A stretch of DNA of 64,000 nucleotides, from IMG/VR virus record IMGVR_UViG_3300044797_000098, positions 342,471-406,470 of that record; one strand, written 5' to 3'. Numbering within the stretch: position 1 is the first letter of the stretch; every line of letters starts with the position of its first letter. The notes below the pieces were generated by a model that made no database searches, was not told where the DNA came from, and saw nothing but the letters and a program-made list of their open reading frames with translations. This document shows positions 40,094 through 53,379 of this stretch, one piece after another. Position numbers and translations under genes: made by a program.

Positions 40094-40555
40094 TTATAGA
40101 ACGATCGTATCCGAGTTCTTCTTCGCTTGCAATGTCTTAAACTTCTCAATCGTTGCGGGCGATGATTGTCGGACGCCACCACCAGCACCTTTCACAATCC
40201 AGTATTTACCAGCCTCACCACCAGTCGCTTCGAAGACCTTGCTCTCCGCACGAACATAAGCCTTGATATTTTCCAGCATCTTCGTTTCCTTACCGGTCGC
40301 AACGGTCATAGATCCGAATGCCTTCAACGCAAGACCATTAAAATCAATCAACTTGCTTTCCGCATTCGGCATACGAGCAAAAACACTCTCGACTGCTTCT
40401 GCAATTCCAGCGGTATCTTCAACCGTCGAAGCAAGGTATGCAACCAGTTCCGCACGAAGCATTGCCATCGTTGCATCAACATTGACAACGCCATTCTCAA
40501 CGAGCAATGCTACTTTATTCCACTTTACACCACTACCAACATTCTCATCTGCCAT
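40094..40555 (-). CDS. Hypothetical protein with KGAGGG wing-like motif
   Basis: 153-aa ORF, GC-richer than the background, AGAGGG RBS. Confidence 0.75.
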   Translation of the reverse strand: MADENVGSGVKWNKVALLVENGVVNVDATMAMLRAELVAYLASTVEDTAGIAEAVESVFARMPNAESKLIDFNGLALKAFGSMTVATGKETKMLENIKAYVRAESKVFEATGGEAGKYWIVKGAGGGVRQSSPATIEKFKTLQAKKNSDTIVL

Positions 40556-40969
40556 AGGAATACCCTCTTTCTTGTTAGGGGCTGTGTTCGCCCTCTTGAC
40601 CCAACTAACCTAACCAGTCGCCAAAAAATTGCAAGGGGCTGAGAAAAGGTTCCGAACGAAACTTACATCGCCTAACATCTGGGGTAATGTGGGTGCTTAG
40701 ACCAATCAGTCAATAATTGATTGGCTCTCTTTTCCGCATAATCAAGTCTCTTTATTACACTTACGAATGCAGCGAAGTCTTTTCGGCTCATACAATATCG
40801 AGAATGAGCAGGGACATAATCATTCTTATCGATGTCATTCATATTATAGAATGAAACATCATCGTGTCCAAAATACGATATGCTATACTTATGTCTCAAA
40901 AACAACTCTTGCAATGCGTCAAGTTCTTTTTGATCTTCTCTATGTTCAATTCTTGGTTTTGTTTCTACT

Positions 40970-41638
40970 CTAACGTATACCATACCACTTGCCATCCTTC
41001 TTAAAACGCTTGTCTTGTAATGCTCTACATATCGCTGAATACGAACAATTTACACCCATAGTATAGACGATATAATGAATGTCTCTGGCTGAAAGATCAT
41101 TATGAGGGGCGTAATCTTTTACTGCTTCTTGAACAATGTCTTTCAGAGAAACCTTATTAGATTTTGGCATATCGAACTTTTTCGATGATGTCTTTGGTTC
41201 TTTGATGTTTTTATATGCGAACCTAATTTGGTATGTTGCAGTATCTACTTTCTCAAACATATGATAGTTATTAGATATTGCCTGATGCACATTGTTGTAG
41301 ATGTGATATTGACTATCGCTTTTCCATCCAAGTGCTTGGAGTTTTGCAATGATATCTACGATATGTAATGGAGTTTCGGAAGCAGAAAGGATCTGAAAAA
41401 TCAATGATGATAGTGATTTTGGATTGTTTTTTGGGGAACTAACTTCACGAATGTTTTGTGCTCGATTAAGTTTCTTCTGAGCACGGACATATCTCACTGC
41501 TAAGTTTCGTATTGACGAAGCGAGTTTTTGCTTACTATTGATCTTGGTTTTTTTGATTTTGGAAAAATCCTGCTCATCAAAAGACTGATCATCTTCTTCA
41601 ACTGGAAGCATAGATATGTAATGATTTTTCCAACTCAT
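40970..41638 (-). CDS. Winged-helix (HARE-HTH-like) protein
   Basis: SL..LI..IL.....PLH..DI...L......F.KV....Y. Confidence 0.55.
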   Translation of the reverse strand: MSWKNHYISMLPVEEDDQSFDEQDFSKIKKTKINSKQKLASSIRNLAVRYVRAQKKLNRAQNIREVSSPKNNPKSLSSLIFQILSASETPLHIVDIIAKLQALGWKSDSQYHIYNNVHQAISNNYHMFEKVDTATYQIRFAYKNIKEPKTSSKKFDMPKSNKVSLKDIVQEAVKDYAPHNDLSARDIHYIVYTMGVNCSYSAICRALQDKRFKKDGKWYGIR

Positions 41639-42147
41639 TTTTCTACTCGAAGATTTTTACCGTATTTTTGATTGCAGACTTTTATCCAAGCAGTTATTAA
41701 TGGATCTAATCCCTTATCATCCCCGCTGATGTATCTATATGATCTTCCAGCATTATATGCGATATGCCAAGGAGCAACCGTTGATAGAAACTCTTTATTT
41801 GAGGAAGATATCAATGTATCTAATTTTGACATCGCATCGTCTTGCAATGCTGGATTTTCAAACACCCGAACGATGATGTCATATCCGAATGCACCAATAC
41901 GACGAATACTAATTTCTATATCGTTAGACGTATGATTTCCCATTATAGTATCCATCAATAGCGTTGAGTGCTATTTGCTGCAATTCCTTATCAATCCAAC
42001 GGCGACCATCGTGTGTTTTGACATACACAACAACGTCATTGAGCAACTCAATTACATCGCCAGTGTTATACATAATACGACGAACATTTTCTGCAACGCA
42101 GATCAGTTCTACCGCACCGTTATCATAATGACGAATGATGTATTCTT

Positions 42148-42414
42148 TCATATTAATAATAGAACCTTTTCGAGTTTCTCTTTGCCATATATTCGTTTGT
42201 TATCGAGTTGCGGAATGTGTTTGTCATCGATGCAATATCGTGTTTCTCCGTCAGTAAGTTCCACAGCAGGACCATCAACACGATGACATTTACCATTCAG
42301 ATACCAGTATTTATCTCCGCTATCATATTCAACGGCAGGACCATCTTCACGATGAACTTGACCGTTTAGATACCAGCAGGTTCCGTCAGCATATACTTTA
42401 CTTTCTGGTTTCAC
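42148..42414 (-). CDS. HREDGPA-repeat protein with conserved tail
   Basis: Two WYLNG..HR.DGPAVE repeats; LDNKRIYGKEKLEKVLLLI. Confidence 0.85.
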   Translation of the reverse strand: MKPESKVYADGTCWYLNGQVHREDGPAVEYDSGDKYWYLNGKCHRVDGPAVELTDGETRYCIDDKHIPQLDNKRIYGKEKLEKVLLLI

Positions 42415-42824
42415 TGGACGCTCAATTCACCAATAACCCTCTTCAACATATCACCTGAAAAATTATCCATCTTTGCATGAATACCGTTCTTATTCAGCGT
42501 ATCACGCATGTATTTTGCACCATGCGGATTGTATGAATGAATGATTGCGCGATGAAACCATTTGTCTTGTGGCACATTTCGGATCATATAATCGACGAAG
42601 TATGCTCCGTGATATTCGGTTTTGCGACCATCTCTATCTTCTCGAATGTCATCTAAATCGTGATCGAGTAATGCAAGTCCGATCGGTTTTGCAAAACACT
42701 CAACAAGTTCAATACCTTCTTCAACATTGAACGCGTGCAATACGATATGACCAGCAGCAGAAAGATACTTCTCTGCTAATTCGTGTCTAACATCTTGGTC
42801 GTCGAGGAATAGAATATGCATCAC
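42411..42824 (-). CDS. Stand-alone receiver domain (cyclic-phosphate-processing type)
   Basis: ILFLDD, LDHDL, IIHSYNP.GA..M. Confidence 0.75.
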   Translation of the reverse strand: MMHILFLDDQDVRHELAEKYLSAAGHIVLHAFNVEEGIELVECFAKPIGLALLDHDLDDIREDRDGRKTEYHGAYFVDYMIRNVPQDKWFHRAIIHSYNPHGAKYMRDTLNKNGIHAKMDNFSGDMLKRVIGELSVQ

Positions 42825-45800
42825 TTGCTCCGAAACTTCAACAAGTCATCCCAATCTTTTTGGCGTTGCTTATCGTATGAGACTGTCCGATATAACCATA
42901 ACCCAATTATGGATGCAATGATCAATGCAATAACAATGATTGGTCGAAGATTAGCTTCAATCATCGATTGCTTTCTTTCGTTTCACAACTTTCTTTACTT
43001 CGGGTTTTGCTTTGGGCTTTTCAACATTATTATGAATACCAAGTCTCGTATTCAATTCTTTGTAAAACTCATCCTTTGACCAAACATTCTCGTAAAAGAT
43101 GTTATCCATTGTTTCTGAAAACACAATGTGCTTAATTTTACCTGTCTCATAGTTCTTACAATTTTTACCAAGCAGATCAACGATTGCTTTGAATTGATCT
43201 TCTGTTCCTCTTTTACCCATAATCAATTCTCCAATGGGATGCGAAACTTCCTCAACATCTTACCACGACGAGGTTTTCGTTGAGGTTCATCGTCGAGATA
43301 CTCATCATATTCCAGTTCGATATCTTCTTGTTGGGCTTGAAGATCAATTTGATCATCATTACTGACTTGTTGCTTATTCGTAGACATTGTTAGATCATTT
43401 TCCTTTTGTTTAGAGAGTTGCATTATTACGACCGACAATTACATAGTCTGGATGCACCGGACAAGGATGACAATGTTGTCCCGGTTTTAGGCAGATCATA
43501 ATTGGTTTATGACACATACATTTAGGATCTGGTTTAGTGGCATATGGCCCTTCGTCCTTTACTGGACAATTAGGGACTGGACACTGGCTTTGGTTCTTCA
43601 TCTGGTATCTCTTGTGTTAGTCTTTTCACAAGTTCTTGTAGCATACTATTTTCATATGCTAACTGGCTTGCTCTGGCTTCCGCGAATGTAAGGCTGTATT
43701 TGACTTTGTCAAGTTCTATGTTGAGGTCGGACACTGTAAGTAAGTGTCTGATCCTCTGCTTGTGTAGTTTTCGTTTCAATTTCTTTTTGGATGTCATTTG
43801 GTTTTCCTTTTAATGGACTTCAACAATTTCCAATGTTGAACCATCCTCTTCGTATGATTTACCTGTCTGCTCAATGTATATTTGATCCATCAATAATTTC
43901 AATGCTTCTACTGATGGAACATTTGGGAATAGATTTTCTGCTTCCAACACTTCATTATTGTTGATTGGAATTATTATTACCGCTTTATATCTTGTCGTCA
44001 TTTTTCTCTCTTCTCTAATGGGAAAAATAGCCATAATATGAATAGACATAGTCCCCAATATAAACACACCTGAATAATACTGTTCGCTAAATACCAATGT
44101 GCTCCGTAAGGATTATCATAAGTCATTTTCAGATATGATCTTCTTTGATCGGCGATCAATAGCATCAATGACATCAATGAAAGGACAATGCGGGTTTTCA
44201 CTTATGAAACTCATCCTCCGCAATAGAATAACCAATTTCCAATCCTTGGATCATTGCGTGAGTTTCATCCGCATTAGTGATTTTCATTACGCGATCATAG
44301 ATCTTGATCATCGATGGATATGTTTTAATTGCTCGAAGTTGAGCAATAACATCTTCGATTTTCAAACCGTCTGTTGTGATTGTATAACTATCGCTCATTG
44401 CAAAACGCTAACTTTGAAGTCTGTATCGTCTGTTTTTTTGACCCATAGCATTGCTTTGCCGTCGCTTGACCGAACTGCCAGCCAAGTGCCGGGGGAAGCA
44501 CCACGATACGGTTCTGTCGTCTCTTGCCGTAGCAACCAGCGGGTGCCGTGATAGGAAGCACGCTTCTTCCCTTGGTCAGTTTTTGGAATGAGATCTACAT
44601 ATGTGTCTTTCTTATGACGAGCCATTATTCTAATACCATTAGTTTCTTCAATTTTTCCATCTCAGTTAAAAACGGAATGAAGTCATCTTGGGTAAGGAGT
44701 ATTTCATTTGCAGGAACATTGAATGAGGTTCCATCTTCAACAACGGTTTCTTTTCCATCCGTCCAATTACCATCATCATCCATCATTTCCATTGTAATGC
44801 GATAGTTAGCATAACCATCGCTAAACGGAACTGTCTTTTTAACTTTCAATCTCGAATCTTCGGTTAGATTCAATACAATGGTATCCATCACTTCTTCTCC
44901 TTCATCGTGCCAAGCGTTCCACTCCACACGATCGGAATAATTGGTTCATCCTTGATCTTTTCCATCATCTCTGGCATTCGTTGTCGATATGCTTCAATCT
45001 CTGCAAGTCTCTCATCATCAAGACTATGTTCAATCTCGAAGGTGTTTTTGTATTCATCAATCTGATATTGAATGTGTCGCTCATTCTCTCGCGCTTCAAC
45101 AAGACTGTTTTCAATCTCAATCAGTTCCTTCTTTTTAGAAAGATAGATCTTTTTGTAATGCTCTATTTCATTCTTTGCAACAACAAGTTGCGAATTGAGT
45201 TTTTCGATCTTTGTCATTTGATATTCCTCGAACAAACAACGCAATGAAAAAAATACTGGCCTTGACCGTTCTTACTTGTTGTGATAGTGGCTGGAATAAT
45301 ATGGACACCGTGCTTGTCTTTGTCAATAGCGACGTGATTGGTTTTGCATAGACTGCAAACGAACAAGCAAGTATCGAGATTACCAGCAGGCTCAAACATT
45401 AGTTCCTGCCATCACTTCTAACAAACGACAATGTTTTGCCATTTGATTTGGCAAGAAACACCATCGCTTGTTCAATCTCTGCTTTGCTTGAACCTCGTTG
45501 AAACATTCGATGAACCATATCGTGGAGTTCATCTTTCGATATTCCAACCGCTATGGCAACTTTTTCGAGCCAAGTTTTGGGAATGGTTAGTTCTTGTGTC
45601 ATAGTAATTTCATTTGTCCGGCAAACTTTACAAACAATTTAATACAATCAACACACAACGGAATATAACCTTTTGGTGCTGGCACTGTAATCATTTCATA
45701 ATACATTATTGCTGGCTTATGACATAATTCACAATTGCCATCAATATGAATAGCTTTATCCATTATATCGCTCAGGCTTATTTGGCTTACCGCTAACACC

Positions 45801-46962
45801 AGCACCAGCAAACTTTTGTGGCTTTGGTTTCTTATCTCCATCCCAAGGAAAAAGAAAAGCAATGTATGTTCCACCAAGCACGGTCGCAATCATCAAACTA
45901 ACAAGAATGTGCATTTGAGTTCTCCAATGAATTGGCAAGGTTCATATTACCAATACAAACTACAACACAAACGATTAGCAATGTTCCATCCAAACCTAAT
46001 AGACACCAACCAATAATCTGATGCAACATATAAAACATACACACCGCAAGGATGCCGAGAAACTTCGCAACAGCAAAAAGACTTCCCGCGACTTTGTTAT
46101 TGTGTGTAATGATTTTGTCCGGGTTCATCGAGTGAAACCTCCGTTATCGACTAACACAATCATGCCGTCATCGCTATGACGCAACATAACGTTGTTTCCA
46201 GTATCATACAACTCTTGTATCATTTCCCATGAGATCTTGATTGTTTCTTGATGAATGAACCATTCTGGAAGATTTTTCGCACCACCACGCCAATCATACA
46301 TTACGGCATACATTACGGCATTCATTCTATCCCTCACGGCACTATCTGCGTGTAAATATCAAGGAAAAATCCTTCTAACTCTTTGCTCTCAACAAAACCA
46401 AGTCTTGTCATTGTGTGTCTAACATCATCGATCGATTGCGATGAATACCATTCATTTTCAATATCTAATGATGGCGTTAGATTGGGAAGAATGTCATCGA
46501 TGAAAATTGGGCAATTAGGAATATGCTTAAACTTTTGGAAGTAAGCAATCGGCGAAAGAATGACAACACATTTGCCTTTCGCTTTTACCAATTCACTTGG
46601 AAGCACACAAAAACAAAACTCCCAAGGAATGGCATTGGCGCACATATCATAATATGTGCCATCCTTATCAACGTTGTTGTAATGAACCTCTACATGAGCC
46701 CAATCTTGCATTTTGTTTCTTTACGCCCCCTGAACTCCAACAACATTCAATGGAAGACTTGTATTCTCTTCCATTTGACCAAGCGTTTCCTCGCCCAAGT
46801 CAAAATGCTCCTTACACAAAACAAGATCAATTCCAACATTATATGTATTGTCTTCAACTTGCTTTTTCACAAGCGTTGCTTTAACAACGCCGGACCCAGC
46901 ACAAAAATTACAATCCTTATTACCTTTGCTCATTTGATTTTTCCTTGCCTTTCGTTGCACCA

Positions 46963-46991
46963 ACATTAATCACCGAGGCACCCCTTGTCAA
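46963..46991 (-). promoter_or_regulatory. sigma70-type promoter
   Basis: TTGACA-17nt-TAATGT. Confidence 0.75.
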
Positions 46992-49720
46992 GCGCATCCA
47001 AGGCTTCCAGTAATGACGCACACATCCTCTCACCTTGGAGACCGCTGTATCATCTGATGCTGTCAATACTGCATTTACAATAGCAGGATCAACATTCAAT
47101 AACGTGCTAACGCCTTTTACACCATAAATCTTACGGAGATCTATTGCCCGCTGTCTTACTTCATCGATTGTCATTGTTGATATCCCGGTAAGTCTTGTTC
47201 ATTCAAAACTGGCTTGGACAATGCTTCTCTTGCCATATCCAACACGTCTGACATTTCTTCAAGCGTATCGGATACAAAACCACACGGATGCGAAGTGTAT
47301 TTCTCGACATTACCAACATCGTCGTAATAAACTTCATACAATCCGTATGTATTATCCTCAACGTGCTTAATGATACGGTAATTCCAATGCCTGCTCATTT
47401 GCTTTCCTTTTTTGTCTCTGGTATCAACATGTCTTCGCTATATTGATACTTATCGCCTTTGTCCCATTGAACATAGTAATAATCGCCATCAGTTGCAACA
47501 TACCTCGGAACTGTGCCATAAATAAAACCGTGATACTTCTCATCACTTGCGAGAACAACACGATCGTTCCTTTTGAACTTCTGCGCCATTACTTCTGTCC
47601 TTTTGCCCAAGCAACAATGGCTTCAAGGGTTTCAATGCTAAGTGAAACTCCCTCTTTGCCTTGGCTAATATGCACTGCCTTTTCATTGTCTTGTGCTGTT
47701 TCGTGCATATTCGGAACTACTCGAATACGCGGTGGCATATAATCTTTACCACCATTGATACTAACATTCTCGCCCATTTCACGTGTAATCTCATTACTCA
47801 TTTTCGTTTTCCTTTGTTTCAGTTTCTTCTTCTTTGAGAACCCAAGTGCTCTTCAAACCACCATCTGCGTAATTGTATCTAATGTGAATATCTTTGGATA
47901 TACTATTATTCGTTTTGGCATGATAGTAATTAGCATATTGCGTAAAACCATATATTTGGAATAAACTATTCACTATATCATACGAAGATGATCCGTGTTG
48001 TTCTCCATAAGTATTAAGCATAATAACTTTATCAGTATCGTGCAATGACCCATCAGGGAACACTTCATAAATACGAAACAATGGCATTGCTATTTCTTCT
48101 TTCTAACAAGACCCTTACTATTATATGCATCAAAATCAAGTTCTTGTTCAGCAATCGGATCTGGAACTACGATTGGCTTACTTATGGTATAACCTCTGCC
48201 ATCACGAGTATATCTAACCTCTGTTATACCGTTGTATAAATCGAAGTCAATTTTGCTTTCCATAATATCTGGGATGGCTAACTCTTGCGCTTTATTAGTC
48301 GGTGTTTCGGTTATGATTTTAGTTTCTGTTGGAACAATTTTATCGATTGCTAACTCTTGGTGTTCGTATGAGAATACTTTACCATCAGTCCATTTAACCC
48401 ATACGAAGTCTTTGACATAATGATTGCAGGTTTTCTTATCGCAAGATTTACCACCAGCAACGGTCGCCATATTACAAGCAATATACTTTACTATACCGCC
48501 TGACTTATCACCGTTAGTGGTTCTTACTACATCATCAACTTTGAACGGGTTCATCTTCTGATGTTTCTTTCTCTGTTTCTCTGATACGCCAAGTCGGAAC
48601 CTTCCAATAGATATTTGCAACCGATGGAGTTTCCCAACTTATATTGAAACCATATGTTCCCTTTGTAAAACCATAAATCGTTTCGAACATTATTAGTATA
48701 ATTGCATAGTTATGATATTTGGCATCACCAATACAGGAAGACAAGCCATATTTACGGAGATACTCATCGGATTTTTCTGGTGTAATTGAAAACATCCCAA
48801 CATATTCTTCCCTGCCATCAGGATATAATTCAAACGCCAGATATGTCTTCATTTGGAATTAACCTAACGAGGATTGAATGAACAACCTTTGCACGATGGA
48901 CAAACAACATCACCATCTTCACCCGAGTTTTGACAACGCTTGCAATTCCTAATGCTCATATAAGTTCCGCCAATTCCCCAGCCAACAATTGATTGGCTAA
49001 TAACTTCAACCAACGCATATGCCTTTGGAACGAAAATGTCTTTATGAGTGCCTTCAACAATTCCCCACCAACCCGGAATAGCACCGGGTTTTGGAACGAA
49101 GATACTTTTCTTCATTGTTCCAGCGGATAGTTTTTTACATAGATCAATTCCAGTATCTATGACATAACAAGTGTCTTCTGGTTCGTCGGAAGCAATTAAT
49201 TTAGCCTTTTCCCAAACCTCATATACCATTATTAATATGCCTTATTATGACAAGGACAATCGCAAGGTGTCTTCGCACAATACGCTCCTTGTGGTTTTCC
49301 TCTACATTCTGAACAAGGAACTGGACAACGAACGCACATAACATCACCACGATCTATCATTGGCATCATATGAGTATCGTTGCAAGCATCACACACTGGC
49401 AATTTTGCTTCTGGTTTTGCAGCAAGTTTTTCCAACTCCGACACTACTTCATATTGCTCAAACCGTAGCAATCTCGTTATTGGATATATTCTGTCTTTGT
49501 GATTGAGTGAGAATACTGCAATGTATTCCATATCATCACCGTCGAGTTCCATGATGAATGAGTTGTTCATCTCCAATGTGCTATCATCATAAAACACAAG
49601 ACTGACATGTCGCTGAAAACGAGGATCATTGGCATTGAGTTTCTTGCCATATTCTTTTACTAACTCAACTGCCTTCTCGTAATTCATAGCGACCCTCTGT
49701 GTCAATTTTGCAACGGAGAC

Positions 49721-49749
49721 AACCTAACCATTGGCAGAAACCGCGTCAA
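49721..49749 (-). promoter_or_regulatory. sigma70-type promoter
   Basis: TTGACG-17nt-TAGGTT. Confidence 0.7.
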
Positions 49750-50128
49750 GGTCGGCGAGAAACTTGCAAGCGACGCACACAAACTTATCACCTACATTGG
49801 GGTTCGTGTGGGGTGCTGGAAGATTACAACCTGCACAAACCTGATTAGGATTGATTATTGCTTGTTCGAACATTTCAACTGTGCATGATCGTCCAACCCA
49901 GTAAAACCAATTGATATGATCATATTCCTTGCCAATGGTAATATCTCTAACCATTGCAGTAAAATTACCATTAGTTCTATTCCAACCAGTCCCACCACCT
50001 TCCATTGGTCTTTCTTCCCAGCCCAATACAACATATCCGCCATAAAATCCTAACATCGTGGCTGGACTATTACTATATTGACATATGACCTTTGTTCCTA
50101 TTGCAACATCTTTGATGTAGGTCTTCAT
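49724..50128 (-). CDS. C..C.LPAPH..PN...F.C..CK Zn-finger-tail family protein
   Basis: C-terminus shared with 54450, 56911 and 57402. Confidence 0.8.
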   Translation of the reverse strand: MKTYIKDVAIGTKVICQYSNSPATMLGFYGGYVVLGWEERPMEGGGTGWNRTNGNFTAMVRDITIGKEYDHINWFYWVGRSCTVEMFEQAIINPNQVCAGCNLPAPHTNPNVGDKFVCVACKFLADLDAVSANG

Positions 50129-50340
50129 TTGTATCCTAACAACTTCATAACACTACTAACAAGATTTGTTAAAAATCGTTGTATACTTTCTTATATATAA
50201 CAAGATTATATCTTCTCTTTTGCCATTTTGATTTATTCTTTTACCAGTTAAAATATCATGAATTGCAATTTTACCCTTGCTGCTTCCGCCAATATATACT
50301 AATTGTTTTTTATATAGAACTACTGATCCTCTTTGTAAAT

Positions 50341-51450
50341 CTAGGCTAACCGTTGTTCCGTATGGTTTTCGTTTCCCGCCTTTTGCAACAATTTTACTAG
50401 ATTGTCAATCTGCATTTCCGCAAAATACTGCCGAAAACTATGAACTTTTTTTGCTCTCAATGAAAACAATGCACCTGAACATTTTGACTTCACTGCCAAT
50501 AATGCGAACGCTTTTTGTTCGGGAATGTCTTTGATGAGATCGTATTCTGCTTCGAGCGTTGCGATTAGATTGTCCAATCGCTTTTGTGCTTCATCAAACG
50601 CTGGTTTATATTCTGGGAATGCGTTCAATACTTCTGGCATTTCACCCTGACGAATAATCTCGACGATTGACTTATTGGACATCAATCCATCTTTGGCGTG
50701 ATGCAGTAATACATACTTTGGGTGCTTGATTTTTACCCTATTGAACGATCCATCGAGGACGACATATCCTTCTTGCTCCAACGGATCCATTTTATCGAAT
50801 GATGCAATGCAAGCATCGAAACTGTTCAACGGAAACTCTTTTACGATTGGACAAGGGATATATGCTTGTGCTTCTTGTGCTGTTAGTTCTTGCAATGTGA
50901 TTAGATTGCGTGCCCCAAGTAATGTTAGTTTTGGTTCTGTATATCGAACTACAACCCTGTTGTAAGGACTAACAAGTTCGAAAAAGAAACACATTCCACA
51001 ATTTGGATCTGGTAATTGATACTTGAATGTATCCCAGAATAATTGCTTGAATGTGATGCCGAAGTCATTGATTGGTGTATTGGCGTCCGGTGTTCCAGTT
51101 GTTGCAACATTCCATTCACCATAAATTGGCGCAATCGTAATTAAACTTCCATCTACTTTCTCTTGGACGCGAGCGGTATTCCAATCTATCGTTGCAGCAT
51201 TTGGTTCGCCGAGATTAAAAAACTTCGTGAAAGCAAGCGACACAACATTCCAATCATTACTTTCATCCAAAATTATACCACGACACTCACGAACAATTCG
51301 CTCGGAAAAATCACTCTCTATTTGATTATACTTGAACAAAACGAGATTGTTATATACTGAATGACGCTTTGCATCAATAGCATACTTATCCGACAACTCA
51401 TCGAATGAATAGCCAGATCGAAGGAAGTTTTGGATTACGAGGTTAGGCAT
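50341..51450 (-). CDS. T4 Rnl1-type RNA ligase
   Basis: RECRGIIL, FTKFFN.GE, EKVDGSLI (motif I), FELVSPYNRVV, EGYVV, RVKIK. Confidence 0.92.
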   Translation of the reverse strand: MPNLVIQNFLRSGYSFDELSDKYAIDAKRHSVYNNLVLFKYNQIESDFSERIVRECRGIILDESNDWNVVSLAFTKFFNLGEPNAATIDWNTARVQEKVDGSLITIAPIYGEWNVATTGTPDANTPINDFGITFKQLFWDTFKYQLPDPNCGMCFFFELVSPYNRVVVRYTEPKLTLLGARNLITLQELTAQEAQAYIPCPIVKEFPLNSFDACIASFDKMDPLEQEGYVVLDGSFNRVKIKHPKYVLLHHAKDGLMSNKSIVEIIRQGEMPEVLNAFPEYKPAFDEAQKRLDNLIATLEAEYDLIKDIPEQKAFALLAVKSKCSGALFSLRAKKVHSFRQYFAEMQIDNLVKLLQKAGNENHTEQRLA

Positions 51451-51469
51451 AATTTGTTATGATTTTAGA

Positions 51470-51670
51470 ATGAACAATAGCAATTTCTTCCACATTCTCA
51501 ACGGGTTAGGCGCAGCAATCGGTGTTCTAATTGCGTTTCTTTCCTATCGAAAATCGAATCAAAAGGGATCAGAAAAACAAGTTGAGTCCATTCAGGCTAC
51601 ACTAAACACACATAATACGAAGATTGCTGTGTTGGAAGAACGAGTGAATAACTTGAAAGAGAGACTTTAA
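51470..51670 (+). CDS. Small single-TM coiled-coil protein (holin-like or lysis accessory, tentative)
   Basis: One hydrophobic helix, then KIAVLEERV; fills the gap between two minus-strand genes. Confidence 0.55.
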   Translation: MNNSNFFHILNGLGAAIGVLIAFLSYRKSNQKGSEKQVESIQATLNTHNTKIAVLEERVNNLKERL

Positions 51671-52785
51671 GTCTCTTCCACAAACTCTACTTTATTGTAT
51701 AAATACCGTGTATCATTGTAGATGGAAGTGAATGAACCATGATCCACAAAATCTTGCACATCATTCAGGTGTGCTGGTGGATTATAGTTATATGTGATCC
51801 ATTGCTTGCGTTTTGCTTCGTATTCTTGATGGGCTTGATTACGAAGTTGCTGAATGTTTTCACATTCTTTATTCCAAGCACTAAGACGAGCATTATGCTC
51901 TTGTTGCAATCGCTTGTGAATTGCTTTTAGTTCAGGAGTTATTTTCTTGATTTTATTCAATTCAATATATTCAGGTGATGCAGATGGTTGCGCTGGCAAT
52001 TTGTAAACATCATAGGAATAATATGGCCTTACGTTTTCATCAAGTTGTTTTGCAAACGCACAGTTGAATTCTTGAAGTTCTTCAAGTTTCTTTACGATCT
52101 CTTTTGCTTTATCTTCACTGCGACAAACGCAAACATTCGATTCGGTATGATCGGAATAATCACCATGGGAATCACTAACAACATAGACTTTCATTGGTTT
52201 TTCTCACATGAGGCGTCTTGTTCTGCTGGTTGTTTTGGCTTATTTTCCGGGTAATGTCCAGCAGTAATTTCATTTAGTGTTGGCTGGTTAGTAAAACTAA
52301 CCGGCACACAACCAACGAAAAATAGAATGATTAGACATAGTTTCATCATTGGTTTTTCTCACAGGTTTTTAGATCGTTAACACACAAGACTGCCCAATCA
52401 GCGAATGTGCAATCAACATTACCGCGACCATTGCAAAACGCAATTGGTTGATCATTTTTGAATGATGATATGCAGTAGTTCCAATTATGCCAACACACTG
52501 GATGAATATGTGCTCTGTGTGGATCGCGTGCTGGCTTTGAGCATGCAAGTATTGGTAGTAGAAGTAATGGTAGGAGTAGTGTTAGTTTTTTCATTGTGTG
52601 CTTTCTTTATGTTCGGGGTGAGTTTCGTTGCATGATTTAGTGTGGCATTTGTGATGGAACTTTGCGTGATACCATAGATGGGCTTTGCGGAAATAGTATC
52701 CGATGAATGGAAGCATTGCCATTAGAGCCATTGTTTCGTCGATGCACCAATGCATTTTCCTCAATCCTTTCATATACTTACGAGA

Positions 52786-53379
52786 TTATTGCGAGTTAGT
52801 TTTGACAATCAGATTTTGCTTGTCTCGAATTGCAATTAGTTCATCAATGTGAATTAGTCTATAACCCCAAGCATCAACACCACAATCAATACGACGAACT
52901 TTTACCTTATCTTCGGGCTTCGAATGCTCATGTCCGTTAAGCAACCATCCGCCTTTATCAACTGGACGATATTGCGCAAACTTTACACCATGTGCTCCTG
53001 CCTCACTACCAAGATATGGAAGATGATTTACCGTGAAACCAAACCAATTTTGCAATTCTTGATAGACACCAGCAAACCCATATTGTAGATACCGCTGCTT
53101 GGCTGCTTCGCTCTTCTTACCATGCACTGGATGCGCGCGATCGTGATTTCCTAATACAAGGAATTGCTTGGCTCTTATGCGAGGAAGAATTGCAGGAACC
53201 GTTTTTTCATTCATCGAAAAATCGCCAAAACACCAAACCTCATCACCATCACGAATGACCGAATTAAAACGATCAATCATCACATCCTGCATTTCTTTGA
53301 TGTCCTTAAAGGGACGATCGCAAAAACGCAAAATATTGTGATGATCCCAGTGAGGATCGCTATAAACCCATGTATTCAT
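52786..53379 (-). CDS. Calcineurin-like metallophosphoesterase
   Basis: SDPH.DH, GD, GNHD, H.P, GHEH, CGVD. Confidence 0.9.
   Translation of the reverse strand: MNTWVYSDPHWDHHNILRFCDRPFKDIKEMQDVMIDRFNSVIRDGDEVWCFGDFSMNEKTVPAILPRIRAKQFLVLGNHDRAHPVHGKKSEAAKQRYLQYGFAGVYQELQNWFGFTVNHLPYLGSEAGAHGVKFAQYRPVDKGGWLLNGHEHSKPEDKVKVRRIDCGVDAWGYRLIHIDELIAIRDKQNLIVKTNSQ

Noticed and set aside
39838-40188. 116-aa minus-strand ORF over the RNA elements
   Set aside because: It overlaps a better gene in another frame, crosses a consensus promoter and the tRNA-shaped RNA, and has no RBS.
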